64,000 bases of DNA from a bacterium (GTDB taxonomy: Bacteria; Zhuqueibacterota; Zhuqueibacteria; Residuimicrobiales; Krinioviventaceae), in NCBI GenBank assembly GCA_963693055.1, contig OY843751.1, positions 608,001 to 672,000 on the forward strand, read 5' to 3'. Position 1 is the first letter of the stretch; each line of letters begins with the position of its first letter. A program made the position numbers and the translations under genes. This document shows positions 1 to 9,490 of this stretch, piece by piece. A model generated the notes under the pieces. It ran no database searches. It was given only the letters and a program-made list of their open reading frames with translations, and was not told the DNA's origin.

Positions 1-2469
1 CTTTTGGTAGAGCTGGAATGGGAAAAAGCCTTTGATGACGTTTTTGATATGGCCGTTAGCGATAGTAAAAAAGCCCGTGTTGCAGCCCTGCGGCTGGCAG
101 AGGGATTTTTTGATGAAGCATTAATTGAGAAATGGGTAGCTCAATTGGAAAAGAGCTCACCTGCAGTACAGGCAGATATTATCGACATGCTGGGTAGAAT
201 GCAGGAACCATCAGTAGTGCCGGTATTGCAGAACAAGTTAAAAGACGGACCCACCGAGGTCCGGTTGGCTGCAATAAAAGCACTGGTATCTATTGATGGT
301 GATGATGCTGCAAATGATCTTGCAAAAACGCTGGCAACATCTGCATCAGAAAAGATAGAATTTGATTTGTTGAAACGACAATTGCAGACAATCTCTACTG
401 ATATGCTGGTTCCGGCTTTGAACGCAAACCTGAATGAAGCTTATGCCGAGGCTAAAGTGATCGTGATAGATCTGCTGGACGAACGGGGTGCGGCTGAGAA
501 ATCTGCATTAATTGCACAGTTGGGTGACGATCCCAAAGTTAATGCTTCTGTTATCGGTTCAATTGCTTCAAAGATGGATTTGAATGATTTTAATGCAATT
601 TTTGATAGATATCAAAAATCAATAGGCTCGGAACAACGCGCGGCCCGTAACGCGCTTGCGGAATATACCGCAAATGGCAAAGAGCGTCGCGAAGCGGTAA
701 AACAGGTACAGGAAGCTTACAAGAATGCACCTGTTGATAAAAAAGCAGACTATTTTAATTTGTTCCGTGCAATAGGCGGCAAAAGTTTTCTTGCTTTGAT
801 TGTACAGGCAATGGACGAACCGGAATTGAATGATGCAGCTGTACGTACATTGGCCGGATGGAATGGCCCGGAAGCATTGGAACCGCTTGCCGAATTGGTG
901 AAAACCACAAAAGATACTACTCACCAGGTACTGGCTATACGAGGCGCTTTGGCATTGTTACGTGATAATTCGGTTGGCGATATTCGCAATGTGGAATATT
1001 GTGACGGATTGATAAGTAATGCCATTCGTCCTGCTGAGAAACGCATGATCTTGTCTCATTTGGGCAATGTGCGCTCCGAATATGTTTTGAAATATGTTTC
1101 TTCTTTTTTGAGCGATACTACATTGGGTTACGATGCAGCACAGGCCGTGATGAATATTGCAACCCCGGATAAGGACAGCAATACCAATTTGGAATCCAAA
1201 GCAGTTGCGCTTGCCATGATCAAAGGTACATCGGGAGAGGATTTAAAGGCAAAATTGTATGCGAATCCTCTGGTTGAGAAAACAGACAATGTACCTCCGG
1301 AAGGTTTTTACGCATTGTTCAATGGTGTGGATCTGAGCGGTTGGAAGGGACTGGTTGCTGATCCTCCCAAACGCGCGAAAATGAGTGCAGCGGAACTGGT
1401 TAAAGAACAGGTACATGCAGACAGCCTGATGAACGCACACTGGCGGGTAGTTGGTGATGTGCTCTATTTTGACGGCAAGGGACACAGCCTGTGCACAATC
1501 AAAGATTACACCAATTTCGAAATGTATGTGGACTGGAAGATTGAAAAACACGGCGACAGTGGCATTTATCTGCGGGGCGCCCCACAAGTTCAGATCTGGG
1601 ACACTGCCCAGTGGCCGGAAGGATCGGGTGCATTGTACAATAACAAGATCAATGAAAGCCATCCGCTTGCGGTTGCCGATAATCCCATTGGAGAGTGGAA
1701 TACTTTTCGTATTATCATGAAAGGTGAGCGGGTAACCGTTTGGTTGAACGATGTGCTGGTTGTAGATAATGTGATTATGGAGAATTATTGGGAACGTGAT
1801 ATTCCCATATATCCTACAGGCCAGATAGAGCTGCAGGCACATACCACACCGCTCTATTTTAAAAATGTGTATATCAAAGAACTGCCCGATGAAGAACCGT
1901 CATTTACCGGCGAACTTTTCAATGGTAAAGATCTGACCGGTTGGCAGGTCATGAGTGATAACAAGGACAGCTGGAAGGTTGAAGACGGTGTCCTCTATAC
2001 CGAAGGTAAAGGCGGTGGCTGGATTGCTACAACCGATCAATTCGATAATTTCAAATTGGAACTGGAATTCCGCGTGCCTGAAGGCGGCAACAGCGGCGTA
2101 TTTGTTCGTACTCCTTTAGAGGGTGATGGCGCTTATAAAGGCATGGAGATACAGGTGCTGGACGATTACGCGGATAAATATAAAGACCTGAAAGCGTGGC
2201 AATATACTGCAAGTATTTACGATGTGCAGGCACCATCCAAGCGAATGACCCAAAAAGCCGGGGAATGGCAACAGATGGTGATTGTGTGTGATGGACCGCA
2301 CGTAACAGTAGAACTGAATGGGGAACTGATTAATGATGCCAATTTAATTGATCATATGCATCGCACAGCAAAACATCCGGGATTAACCCGTCGTAAAGGA
2401 TATATTGGTCTGCAAAATCACAGTACGCGGGTAGAATATAAAAACATACGATTAACAGAATTAGAATAG
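1..2469 (+). CDS. HEAT-repeat protein with two C-terminal DUF1080 (3-keto-glycoside hydrolase/lyase-like) domains; 5'-truncated by the window edge
   Basis: Frame is open from base 1. HEAT/PBS-like repeats (EVRLAAIKAL, DAAVRTLAGW) are followed by two DUF1080 signatures (LFNGxDLxGW, G[D/N]SG[I/V][Y/F]xR, GxIxLQxH, [F/Y]KN[V/I]x[I/L]xEL). Confidence 0.85.
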   Translation, partial: LLVELEWEKAFDDVFDMAVSDSKKARVAALRLAEGFFDEALIEKWVAQLEKSSPAVQADIIDMLGRMQEPSVVPVLQNKLKDGPTEVRLAAIKALVSIDGDDAANDLAKTLATSASEKIEFDLLKRQLQTISTDMLVPALNANLNEAYAEAKVIVIDLLDERGAAEKSALIAQLGDDPKVNASVIGSIASKMDLNDFNAIFDRYQKSIGSEQRAARNALAEYTANGKERREAVKQVQEAYKNAPVDKKADYFNLFRAIGGKSFLALIVQAMDEPELNDAAVRTLAGWNGPEALEPLAELVKTTKDTTHQVLAIRGALALLRDNSVGDIRNVEYCDGLISNAIRPAEKRMILSHLGNVRSEYVLKYVSSFLSDTTLGYDAAQAVMNIATPDKDSNTNLESKAVALAMIKGTSGEDLKAKLYANPLVEKTDNVPPEGFYALFNGVDLSGWKGLVADPPKRAKMSAAELVKEQVHADSLMNAHWRVVGDVLYFDGKGHSLCTIKDYTNFEMYVDWKIEKHGDSGIYLRGAPQVQIWDTAQWPEGSGALYNNKINESHPLAVADNPIGEWNTFRIIMKGERVTVWLNDVLVVDNVIMENYWERDIPIYPTGQIELQAHTTPLYFKNVYIKELPDEEPSFTGELFNGKDLTGWQVMSDNKDSWKVEDGVLYTEGKGGGWIATTDQFDNFKLELEFRVPEGGNSGVFVRTPLEGDGAYKGMEIQVLDDYADKYKDLKAWQYTASIYDVQAPSKRMTQKAGEWQQMVIVCDGPHVTVELNGELINDANLIDHMHRTAKHPGLTRRKGYIGLQNHSTRVEYKNIRLTELE

Positions 2470-2504
2470 ATTAATTAGGGGGAATTGGGTTAATATTCAC
2501 CAAA

Positions 2505-2545
2505 TTCCTTACCGTAAATTCATTTTGCGGTAAGGAAAATTTTTT
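2505..2545 (+). terminator. Intrinsic terminator
   Basis: TTCCTTACCG(2505-2514)...CGGTAAGGAA(2528-2537) stem with a T-rich tail after the DUF1080 gene. Confidence 0.65.
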
Positions 2546-2566
2546 AAATTTGGGGGAAATCCTTTT

Positions 2567-3298
2567 ATGGCTATGACACCGGATTTTACACATTACACCA
2601 TTCAACAGCTTGTGGATGCCTACTACAATATCAACCGGAATTTATATCCGGAGAGTTTTGAAAAATTGCTCAAAGAAATTGAATTGCGGGGAATGACAGA
2701 AGTTGATGTGGTGAATTATACCCAGCCACAAGAGACACACCCCAAGCAAAAGTACATCCGGAATTACTGGATGGTATTGCTCTTTGGTGTGCTAACATTT
2801 GGGATCTACTGGTACTATTGGTACTATGCAAACCTGGAAGAAATTGGCAAAGCGTTTAAATTTGAAAAAAGTGAAAAAGAAATAACTATCGCCAAAGTTG
2901 CATGTGTTGTTATTATTATACTCCGGTTCAGTAATTTGGGTGCTTCCGGTATGACAGGTAATGAAGAGACACCAGAAGAATTGATTTCTGTAATTTCTGG
3001 TTTGCTCATTTACCTGATCATTTTATATTTTTTTGAAAATATTTTCATGTTTATTTATCTGCATGCAATTCAAGTGGGACAGGAAAAGGCGGATGTAAAA
3101 CTTTTGCCCAAATTTGCCATGTTTGCAGCTTATGTTATATCAACAGGATTGCCATTTTTGTCTATTTTTACAATGAAGCCATCGATAATGATAGTTAGTG
3201 TGATTGTTTGCATGCTTGTTTTGGTGGGATTTTATTACACCCTGCAGGAGCAGATCAACAAAATTTGGGAAGCGGTAATTGATAAAGAAATCATATAG
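2567..3298 (+). CDS. DUF4234-like membrane protein (paralog 1)
   Basis: LLFGVLTFGIYWYYWYY motif, C-terminal LQEQINKIW, several TM helices. Confidence 0.7.
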   Translation: MAMTPDFTHYTIQQLVDAYYNINRNLYPESFEKLLKEIELRGMTEVDVVNYTQPQETHPKQKYIRNYWMVLLFGVLTFGIYWYYWYYANLEEIGKAFKFEKSEKEITIAKVACVVIIILRFSNLGASGMTGNEETPEELISVISGLLIYLIILYFFENIFMFIYLHAIQVGQEKADVKLLPKFAMFAAYVISTGLPFLSIFTMKPSIMIVSVIVCMLVLVGFYYTLQEQINKIWEAVIDKEII

Positions 3299-3341
3299 AA
3301 TAATAACAGCGAGTTTAACCGATTAAGGAAGGGGTAGTATT

Positions 3342-4088
3342 ATGACAGCACCGGAATTTTCAAAATATTCATTAGAGCAGTTAAAAGACGCTCACGCTAA
3401 CATTAACCGTAATCTTTATCCCGAAAATTACAATCTTCTGGTTGAAGAATTGAAAAAACGGGGGATATCTGAAGATGATATGAAAAATCCCAGGATTATG
3501 GAACCGGAGGGCCTTTTACAAGAAAATATTCGCAGTTATGGAAAGGTGTTGCTCTTTGGTATATTAACAATGGGTATTTACTGGCTCTATTGGTATTATG
3601 CCAACCTGAAAGAGCTGGATAGTCATTTTGTATGTGAAAAAGATGAAAAGGATATTAAACTGGCTTTGAATGCATTTGTGATATATATTGTGTTGCATTT
3701 TGTAGCGATGTTTGTTGCTATAGGTGTTGTGATTGCAAATATTGAAAAAATGGCTAATGCGCCTGCATACCCCACACCCGGATTAGAATCAATGCTGGTT
3801 AGCTTTTTATCATTGTTGGTAGAGTCTGTCTTTATCTTTATGTTTTTAAATGCGGTCAAGCTGGGTCAGGAAAAAGCAAAGGTTGATGGATTTTCACTTT
3901 TCCCCTTTTTTGCTCTATACCTGGGTGGTGTGATATGTCAGTTTATTTATTCCGCGTTTATGCTGCCAGTGATCTCTATTTTAAGCGCGGTTTTGCTTAT
4001 TTTGTTTTATTACAAGCTGCAGGATGGAATCAATTCGATTTGGAAGGCTGAGATTGAAGGTGAGGCGGAACATTATATCGTTTCTTGA
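3342..4088 (+). CDS. DUF4234-like membrane protein (paralog 2)
   Basis: LLFGILTMGIYWLYWYY and LQDGINSIW motifs; shares the N-terminal NINRNLYPE with the upstream gene; strong RBS. Confidence 0.7.
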   Translation: MTAPEFSKYSLEQLKDAHANINRNLYPENYNLLVEELKKRGISEDDMKNPRIMEPEGLLQENIRSYGKVLLFGILTMGIYWLYWYYANLKELDSHFVCEKDEKDIKLALNAFVIYIVLHFVAMFVAIGVVIANIEKMANAPAYPTPGLESMLVSFLSLLVESVFIFMFLNAVKLGQEKAKVDGFSLFPFFALYLGGVICQFIYSAFMLPVISILSAVLLILFYYKLQDGINSIWKAEIEGEAEHYIVS

Positions 4089-4236
4089 TATAATTGTTCA
4101 GGTTTAACGCAGAGTTCGCAGAGGAGTTTTTTTCTCTCTCACCGGGTGACTGATGTAAAAGGTGATAACCTTAAAATACTTTTATTCTCTGTTCCAAATT
4201 TCAAACTGTGTGAAACCCAAGAAGCAATAGTGCTTT

Positions 4237-4429
4237 TGGAGTGCATCGCCTTTTTAGCTTGTCCGCCAACCGGCTGACGATGCGTTGGACCAAAGGTCCG
4301 AAATAAATTTGGCCTCATAGTCAAATATCAAGTAATTATTGAAAAATAACAAGTTGGGTGATTTTAATAAACATAATTATTTTGTGGCCGTCTTCGACGG
4401 CCCGCTGTACATAAAGGTACAGCACTCCA
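4237..4429. repeat. REP-doublet (REPIN)-like element
   Basis: Terminal inverted repeat TGGAGTGC(4237-4244)/GCACTCCA(4422-4429). Each arm carries two hairpins: GCATCG..CGATGC and GGACC-AAA-GGTCC on the left; GGCCGTC-TTC-GACGGCC and GCTGTAC-ATAAAG-GTACAGC on the right. Confidence 0.55.
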
Positions 4430-4535
4430 CTTCTTTTCAAAAATTTTTTCACTTATTTTATGAAATCCTCTTTCACAAGCTGAAAATTCTCTGGGTTTAT
4501 CGGGAATAGGATAGAAGCGTACTCGGAGTGGTATA

Positions 4536-5945
4536 TTAGCTATTTTTTATTGCGAGTTGTTTCAGCAGTGCACGATTGATTTTGAGGTCGTTGCCAGTCT
4601 GTCCAGGCCAGGGGTAAAAACGTACCGGGTGTTTGAATTTTTCCAGGTTTTGTTCAAGGTGTAGACGAATGACTGTCTCTTTGATCGGGTTGCCGCTGTA
4701 TTGTAGTAACGCAACCGGGCGTTCTCCGAATTCATCATCCGGGGTGGGCACAACAATGCACTGGGTTATCCCCTTGATCTGCTCGATGCATCTTTCAATC
4801 TCTTCCGGTTGGATATTCTCTCCACCGGAAATAAACATATTGTCCAGCCGTCCCGTTACATTCAGGCAGTCCTTTTCGTCCAGATTCCCACGGTCCCCGG
4901 TGTGGAACCAGCCATTTTGATCTACCACGCTGTGTATTCCGTGTTGATCAAAATATCCCTGAAATAAGGTCTTTCCTTTGACGCGTATCTCTCCCTGATT
5001 TGAAAATGACAGCTTCCGGTGTGGCAGCAATCTGCCGCTGGTGGACAATTCTTTTGCATCAGCACCGGCTTGGGTCGTGGTGATTTGAGACGCCATTTCT
5101 GTTGATCCGTAACTGGTGTGGATTGGAAGGTTGTATGCTATTGCCTGCTCAATCAGCGATGCGGGAATTGCGCTTCCGCCCAAAAGGATGGCCTTTAAAG
5201 ACTGCAAGGCCGAGATTGTATCGGGATTGGTCAACATGCGCGCCAACTGGGTGCTGACCAGTGATATGTGCGTAATGCTCTGATTTTTGATCAGAGATTC
5301 CAAAGGTTCTTCTTTTAAAGGAATTACCACTGCTGCTCCGGCAAGAAAGCAGCGGAACAAAGGGGCGATTCCACCTACATGAAACAAGGGAAGAGAGAGC
5401 AGCCAGCGGTCCTCCGGCTGGACCGGGATGTTGGTATTGGATCCTAATGCGTTATACAAATGGTTCGACAGTGTGTGCATTACCGCTTTGGGATTGCCTG
5501 TGCTCCCGGATGTAAATATCAATGTAGCGGGAGAATCTGTTTGCATTTTTATGGAATCAATAGGATCTGTGGTGTTATTAAAAGATGTAATGTTTAATGT
5601 TTGGATGCCTGGAAAATGTGCATCTTCGTTATCGGTGATCAGGGATTTGCATCCAACCTGCTGCATGCGTTGTTGTAATGTTGATAATGGCAGTCGGGTG
5701 CTGAGAGGCATCATAATCATGCCGGCCATCCATCCGCCCAGGAGCGTGGTGATGTATTGAGTGGAGTGTTCTGCTAAAATGGAAATGACAGATCCTTGAG
5801 CCATGTTCTTTTTGAACGAGGCCGCCGCTGTTGCGCTCTGAGCGGTCAGTTGTGCATAGCTCAAAGCGTCTTTATCGGAAATGACTGCCAGGCGTTCAGC
5901 ATGTATGGCGGTATCCGGAAAGATAATGTAATCGGGGATAGTCAT
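4536..5945 (-). CDS. menE: o-succinylbenzoate--CoA ligase
   Basis: AMP-binding motif IFTSGSTGNPKAV, plus SYGSTEMASQ and GRLDNMFISGGENIQPEEIE; adjacent to menC and menA. Confidence 0.9.
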   Translation of the reverse strand: MTIPDYIIFPDTAIHAERLAVISDKDALSYAQLTAQSATAAASFKKNMAQGSVISILAEHSTQYITTLLGGWMAGMIMMPLSTRLPLSTLQQRMQQVGCKSLITDNEDAHFPGIQTLNITSFNNTTDPIDSIKMQTDSPATLIFTSGSTGNPKAVMHTLSNHLYNALGSNTNIPVQPEDRWLLSLPLFHVGGIAPLFRCFLAGAAVVIPLKEEPLESLIKNQSITHISLVSTQLARMLTNPDTISALQSLKAILLGGSAIPASLIEQAIAYNLPIHTSYGSTEMASQITTTQAGADAKELSTSGRLLPHRKLSFSNQGEIRVKGKTLFQGYFDQHGIHSVVDQNGWFHTGDRGNLDEKDCLNVTGRLDNMFISGGENIQPEEIERCIEQIKGITQCIVVPTPDDEFGERPVALLQYSGNPIKETVIRLHLEQNLEKFKHPVRFYPWPGQTGNDLKINRALLKQLAIKNS

Positions 5946-7018
5946 AGTAACATCCTTTGCAGGATGCTGTGATTCAATTCAGGCGCGTTACCGGCTAAAC
6001 CGTATTTACCATTCTCTGTTTTAAAGGGAGGAGTGATAGCATCGCCGTTTAGCCAGCGCCAGGTATCCAGGCCTGCCGCGGTATCTGGTCCCGAAAGCGC
6101 CGCTGAAAGTCTGGCGTAAAATTGCAATGCCAATCCGCTGTCAAATACGCTGGTAATTATAGATTTAATGTTCTGACGTTTTGCTTTGTCAGCCAGTAAA
6201 AGTGTGTTGGAAAGCGGACCCAAAACAGCCGGTTTTAAAATAATGGCTCTCACCCAATCCGGTAGAGGCGTTTCTTCTTGATTGAACAGCGTCAGGGATT
6301 CATCCAGCGCAATGGGGACGGCTACCTGATCTGCGAGTTCCTGCAATTGAAGGGGATTGGTAAGCGGTTCTTCAATGTATTCAATATTGTCCGTGTTTAT
6401 GTTCTGTATAAAAGTACTCGCATCTTTGAATGACCATGCGCGGTTGGCATCAAGCCGCAGGACAATTATATTTTTAAATGTTTGCTGAATTTTATGAATC
6501 CGATCAATCTCTGTGTCTACCGGATTTCCACCCACTTTGATTTTGATGGTTGTATAACCCTGTTGTAACCAGGATTTGATCTGTTCTACATCATTATCCA
6601 TGTTGCGGGTGAGCAGTGCATTTATTTTTATTGAATCCGGAGCGCTATCATTGATTATGTACTGTATGGGTTCACCCTTCACTGCGGATATTAATCCGAG
6701 TTTTGCCATATCCAGGCCAAAAGCGACAGATGGAGGCAGAGAAAGCGGTTGCTGATGGTTTGGTATGTTTTCAGGGATGGGTGTATTTTTAATTATAGAG
6801 ATGTTATTTTTCAGTATAGTCAGACAGTCGCTCAGGCTTTCGGCATGCAATCCCGGCAGCGGGGAAATATCTCCATAGCCGGCATTTCCATGCTTATCAG
6901 ATAATTCAATAATGAATCCCGAGCGGTTGAGGATTTTTTGATCGGCTACAACCAGCGGAGTTATTAAAGGTAGGTCGTACCGGTACAGATTGATATTTTT
7001 TATGCTTACAGGTTCCAT
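5942..7018 (-). CDS. menC: o-succinylbenzoate synthase (enolase superfamily)
   Basis: KIKVG, LRLDANRAW, EYIEEP, PIALDES and ILKP motifs; lies between menA and menE. Confidence 0.88.
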   Translation of the reverse strand: MEPVSIKNINLYRYDLPLITPLVVADQKILNRSGFIIELSDKHGNAGYGDISPLPGLHAESLSDCLTILKNNISIIKNTPIPENIPNHQQPLSLPPSVAFGLDMAKLGLISAVKGEPIQYIINDSAPDSIKINALLTRNMDNDVEQIKSWLQQGYTTIKIKVGGNPVDTEIDRIHKIQQTFKNIIVLRLDANRAWSFKDASTFIQNINTDNIEYIEEPLTNPLQLQELADQVAVPIALDESLTLFNQEETPLPDWVRAIILKPAVLGPLSNTLLLADKAKRQNIKSIITSVFDSGLALQFYARLSAALSGPDTAAGLDTWRWLNGDAITPPFKTENGKYGLAGNAPELNHSILQRMLL

Positions 7019-7896
7019 CCTATGGCAAATAACAGGCTGTAAATGAAAAGGATCTGACCGGTTTGGGCCAGTACTTTGTTGAATATACGTCCCGGTTCTG
7101 TATTGAGAATTGTTTTAAATGCCGGTATTGCCAGCAGTAAAATTAAAAATGTAATGAGCACCCAGTCTTTTCCGGGATTCAAAAGAGCAAAAATTGCAGT
7201 GATAAACATACCACCGATGATACAAACCAGATATTCAGCTCGCGCAAACGTTTCTCCAAATCGAACAGCCAGGGTGCGTTTACCGGACTGCTTGTCCTGA
7301 TGGATGTCACGCAAGTTGTTAATGGTTAGAATAGCAGTGGAAAATAAACCGGGGACGAGACCCAGTAATAACACTGTTGAATTAATATCAAGTGCCTGGA
7401 CATAATAGGTGCCGCCAACTGCAACGGGACCGAAAAAAATAAGAACAAATAGATCACCCAATCCATTATAACCCAGCGGATAAGGTCCACCGGTATAGGC
7501 GATGCCGGACAAGATGGAGAGAACCCCAATGACGACAATGGGCCAACCGCCACGCCAGATAAGATAAAGACCAAAAACTGCGGCAAGGCCAAACGTGATG
7601 AGAAATGCCCGTTTCATGGCTTTGGCCGTTACAAGTCCCGCGGCCGTGGCACGTGTAGGACCCAGGCGATCATCATCATCAGCTCCTTTTTGATGGTCAT
7701 AATAGTCATTGGCATAGTTGGTGCCAATTTGGATTAACAACGCTCCAATGCCGGCAAAAAGGGCTGCAAGGAAATGAAACGATTGATCAGCAGCAGCTAA
7801 ACCGGTGCCCATAATGACAGGTGCAAGGGCAGCGGGCAGGGTTTTAGGTCTGCCTGCATCTATCCAGACGGACAGGGACAAGGGTTTGAGCTTCAT
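7006..7896 (-). CDS. menA: 1,4-dihydroxy-2-naphthoate polyprenyltransferase
   Basis: RPKTLPAA, NYANDYYD, YTGGPYPLGYNGLGD and NNLRDI..D...GKRTLAVR motifs. Confidence 0.93.
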   Translation of the reverse strand: MKLKPLSLSVWIDAGRPKTLPAALAPVIMGTGLAAADQSFHFLAALFAGIGALLIQIGTNYANDYYDHQKGADDDDRLGPTRATAAGLVTAKAMKRAFLITFGLAAVFGLYLIWRGGWPIVVIGVLSILSGIAYTGGPYPLGYNGLGDLFVLIFFGPVAVGGTYYVQALDINSTVLLLGLVPGLFSTAILTINNLRDIHQDKQSGKRTLAVRFGETFARAEYLVCIIGGMFITAIFALLNPGKDWVLITFLILLLAIPAFKTILNTEPGRIFNKVLAQTGQILFIYSLLFAIGWNL

Positions 7897-8549
7897 ATCA
7901 GTTCCAAGGGTTCGGTGAAATGGTGTGGTTCAATGTACCAGATATTTTTGATATCTTCAATCACTATATCTCTGCTGTACGCGAGAATAAACAGGTCACG
8001 TTTCTTTTTAAATCCCTGTACTTCAAGAGGTATTTCGCCTCTTGCTTTGATTTTTAATTTAACGGTTTTCAGGTCAATTTTACATTTCAGGGTTTTGATA
8101 GCGTCCGAATGAGAGCGATCCAATCCGTCCGCCAGTCTCAACAGTGCAGCAAGTTTGAGTACTCTGAGACGGTCCCATGCTGTTAATCTGGTATAATTTA
8201 TATGTTTTTTACGCGGAAGTTTTCTACTGTGATATCGTGCAATATTACCAATAACCAGCTTTTGTCTGTCATTCCAGCCTTCGAGCGAGCTTTTTTCAAT
8301 AATAGATAAAGAGTTTTTATGGTGCTGTTTTTTGCCCTGAACGTAACCAATGTCATGCAGTATTGCGGCAGCTTCCAGCATATCACGTTCGGTGTTGCCA
8401 TAACCATGCAGCGGTTGTAATTGATCAAATAGCTGTAGCGCCAGATTCTTGACCTGCAGAATATGTGCCGGTTCCTGTTCCAGTTCATACATTAACCGAA
8501 TTGCAGAATCGTAGCGTAACCGTGATTTTTTTGATCTTTTTTTATTCAT
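7893..8549 (-). CDS. Stand-alone HD domain homologous to the C-terminal domain of long Ppx/GppA
   Basis: H..QV..LALQLFD, AAILHDIG, HHKNS, IARYH and LAALLRLADGLDRSH; GGAG about 12 nt upstream of the ATG; overlaps ppx by 8 nt and menA by 4 nt. Confidence 0.85.
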   Translation of the reverse strand: MNKKRSKKSRLRYDSAIRLMYELEQEPAHILQVKNLALQLFDQLQPLHGYGNTERDMLEAAAILHDIGYVQGKKQHHKNSLSIIEKSSLEGWNDRQKLVIGNIARYHSRKLPRKKHINYTRLTAWDRLRVLKLAALLRLADGLDRSHSDAIKTLKCKIDLKTVKLKIKARGEIPLEVQGFKKKRDLFILAYSRDIVIEDIKNIWYIEPHHFTEPLELI

Positions 8550-9447
8550 TCTCTAGCAAAACTCCGAACATCAGGTCACGCAGACTGACATGTGCCAATG
8601 ATAATTGAAAATGCTCTAATATTGTATCAACCAGAGTTGCACCGGTGAAAATAACATCACTCCTGTCAGGATGCAAACCGATTATTTGTTTCCGTTCCTG
8701 AATTGTCTTAACAAATAAATCCGCTAAAATATTTTGTAAATTTCTTTTTTCAATAACGGATTTGTGAGATTGCTCTCCATTGCGGATGTCAATTTTTCTA
8801 TCCATCATTGCCAGTGTGGTTGCCGTACCTCCAACAAAAATGACAGCCTCTGCCTGAAAAGGCTCAAGTTGATTTTTAAGGGTGGCTAAAGTAAAGCTAC
8901 GCAATTTATCCGCTTCCTCCTGTGTTGGAGGATCATTATGGATAAAGCGAGTAGTCAGGCGACGGCTGCCAATGTCGAGGCTTTTATATTTCAGAATATT
9001 GTTATCTCGGGCAAAAATAAACTCTGTACTTCCACCACCAATATCACAAACCAGATAATTGCCACGCATTTCAAAATCGCTCATTGCACCATTAAAACTC
9101 ATTAATGCTTCAGTATCCCCGGATAATAACCTGGGTTTAATACCTGAGTGACTCAAAATGAGGTCAAAAAACGCGTCACGGTTTTGGGCGTCACGTGTTG
9201 CACTGGTTGCAAAAGCTTTAACTTTTTCTGCTTTGTATTGCTCTATGATTGTTTTATAATCAGCAATTGCATGAACAACACGCATCATGGCTTCTTGGGA
9301 AAGATTGCCCTGTGCGTCAAAACCTTTTCCCAGACGGGTTATGGTATCTATCATTTTTAGCGGAGTGAGGGAACCGTCCGGTTTTTTTTCTGCAATTAGC
9401 AGTCTGGTTGAATTGGTTCCAATATCTATAGATGCAATAATGGACAT
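8542..9447 (-). CDS. ppx: Short-type Ppx/GppA exopolyphosphatase (ASKHA fold)
   Basis: IDIGTNSTRLLIA, ATSATRDAQN, DIGGGSTE, GGTATT and RSDVI motifs. Confidence 0.9.
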   Translation of the reverse strand: MSIIASIDIGTNSTRLLIAEKKPDGSLTPLKMIDTITRLGKGFDAQGNLSQEAMMRVVHAIADYKTIIEQYKAEKVKAFATSATRDAQNRDAFFDLILSHSGIKPRLLSGDTEALMSFNGAMSDFEMRGNYLVCDIGGGSTEFIFARDNNILKYKSLDIGSRRLTTRFIHNDPPTQEEADKLRSFTLATLKNQLEPFQAEAVIFVGGTATTLAMMDRKIDIRNGEQSHKSVIEKRNLQNILADLFVKTIQERKQIIGLHPDRSDVIFTGATLVDTILEHFQLSLAHVSLRDLMFGVLLENE

Positions 9448-9490
9448 ATAGGGGTATTCGTGTTTTAAGGGTGTTGGATACAGTTATATT

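Noticed and set aside
619-2301. Antisense and alternate-frame ORFs in the track, here and throughout (e.g. 1243-1842, 23616-24266, 28534-29238, 56964-57500, 58592-59122)
   Set aside because: They are shadows of well-supported genes and have no recognisable motifs or RBS.
4139-4324. 61-aa minus-strand ORF
   Set aside because: Runs through the REP-like hairpins; no RBS and no protein-like features.
8525-8549. A-AAA-AAG slippery-like run at the ppx/HD junction as a programmed frameshift
   Set aside because: The run starts within or after the ppx stop codon, and the needed shift is +1, not -1.
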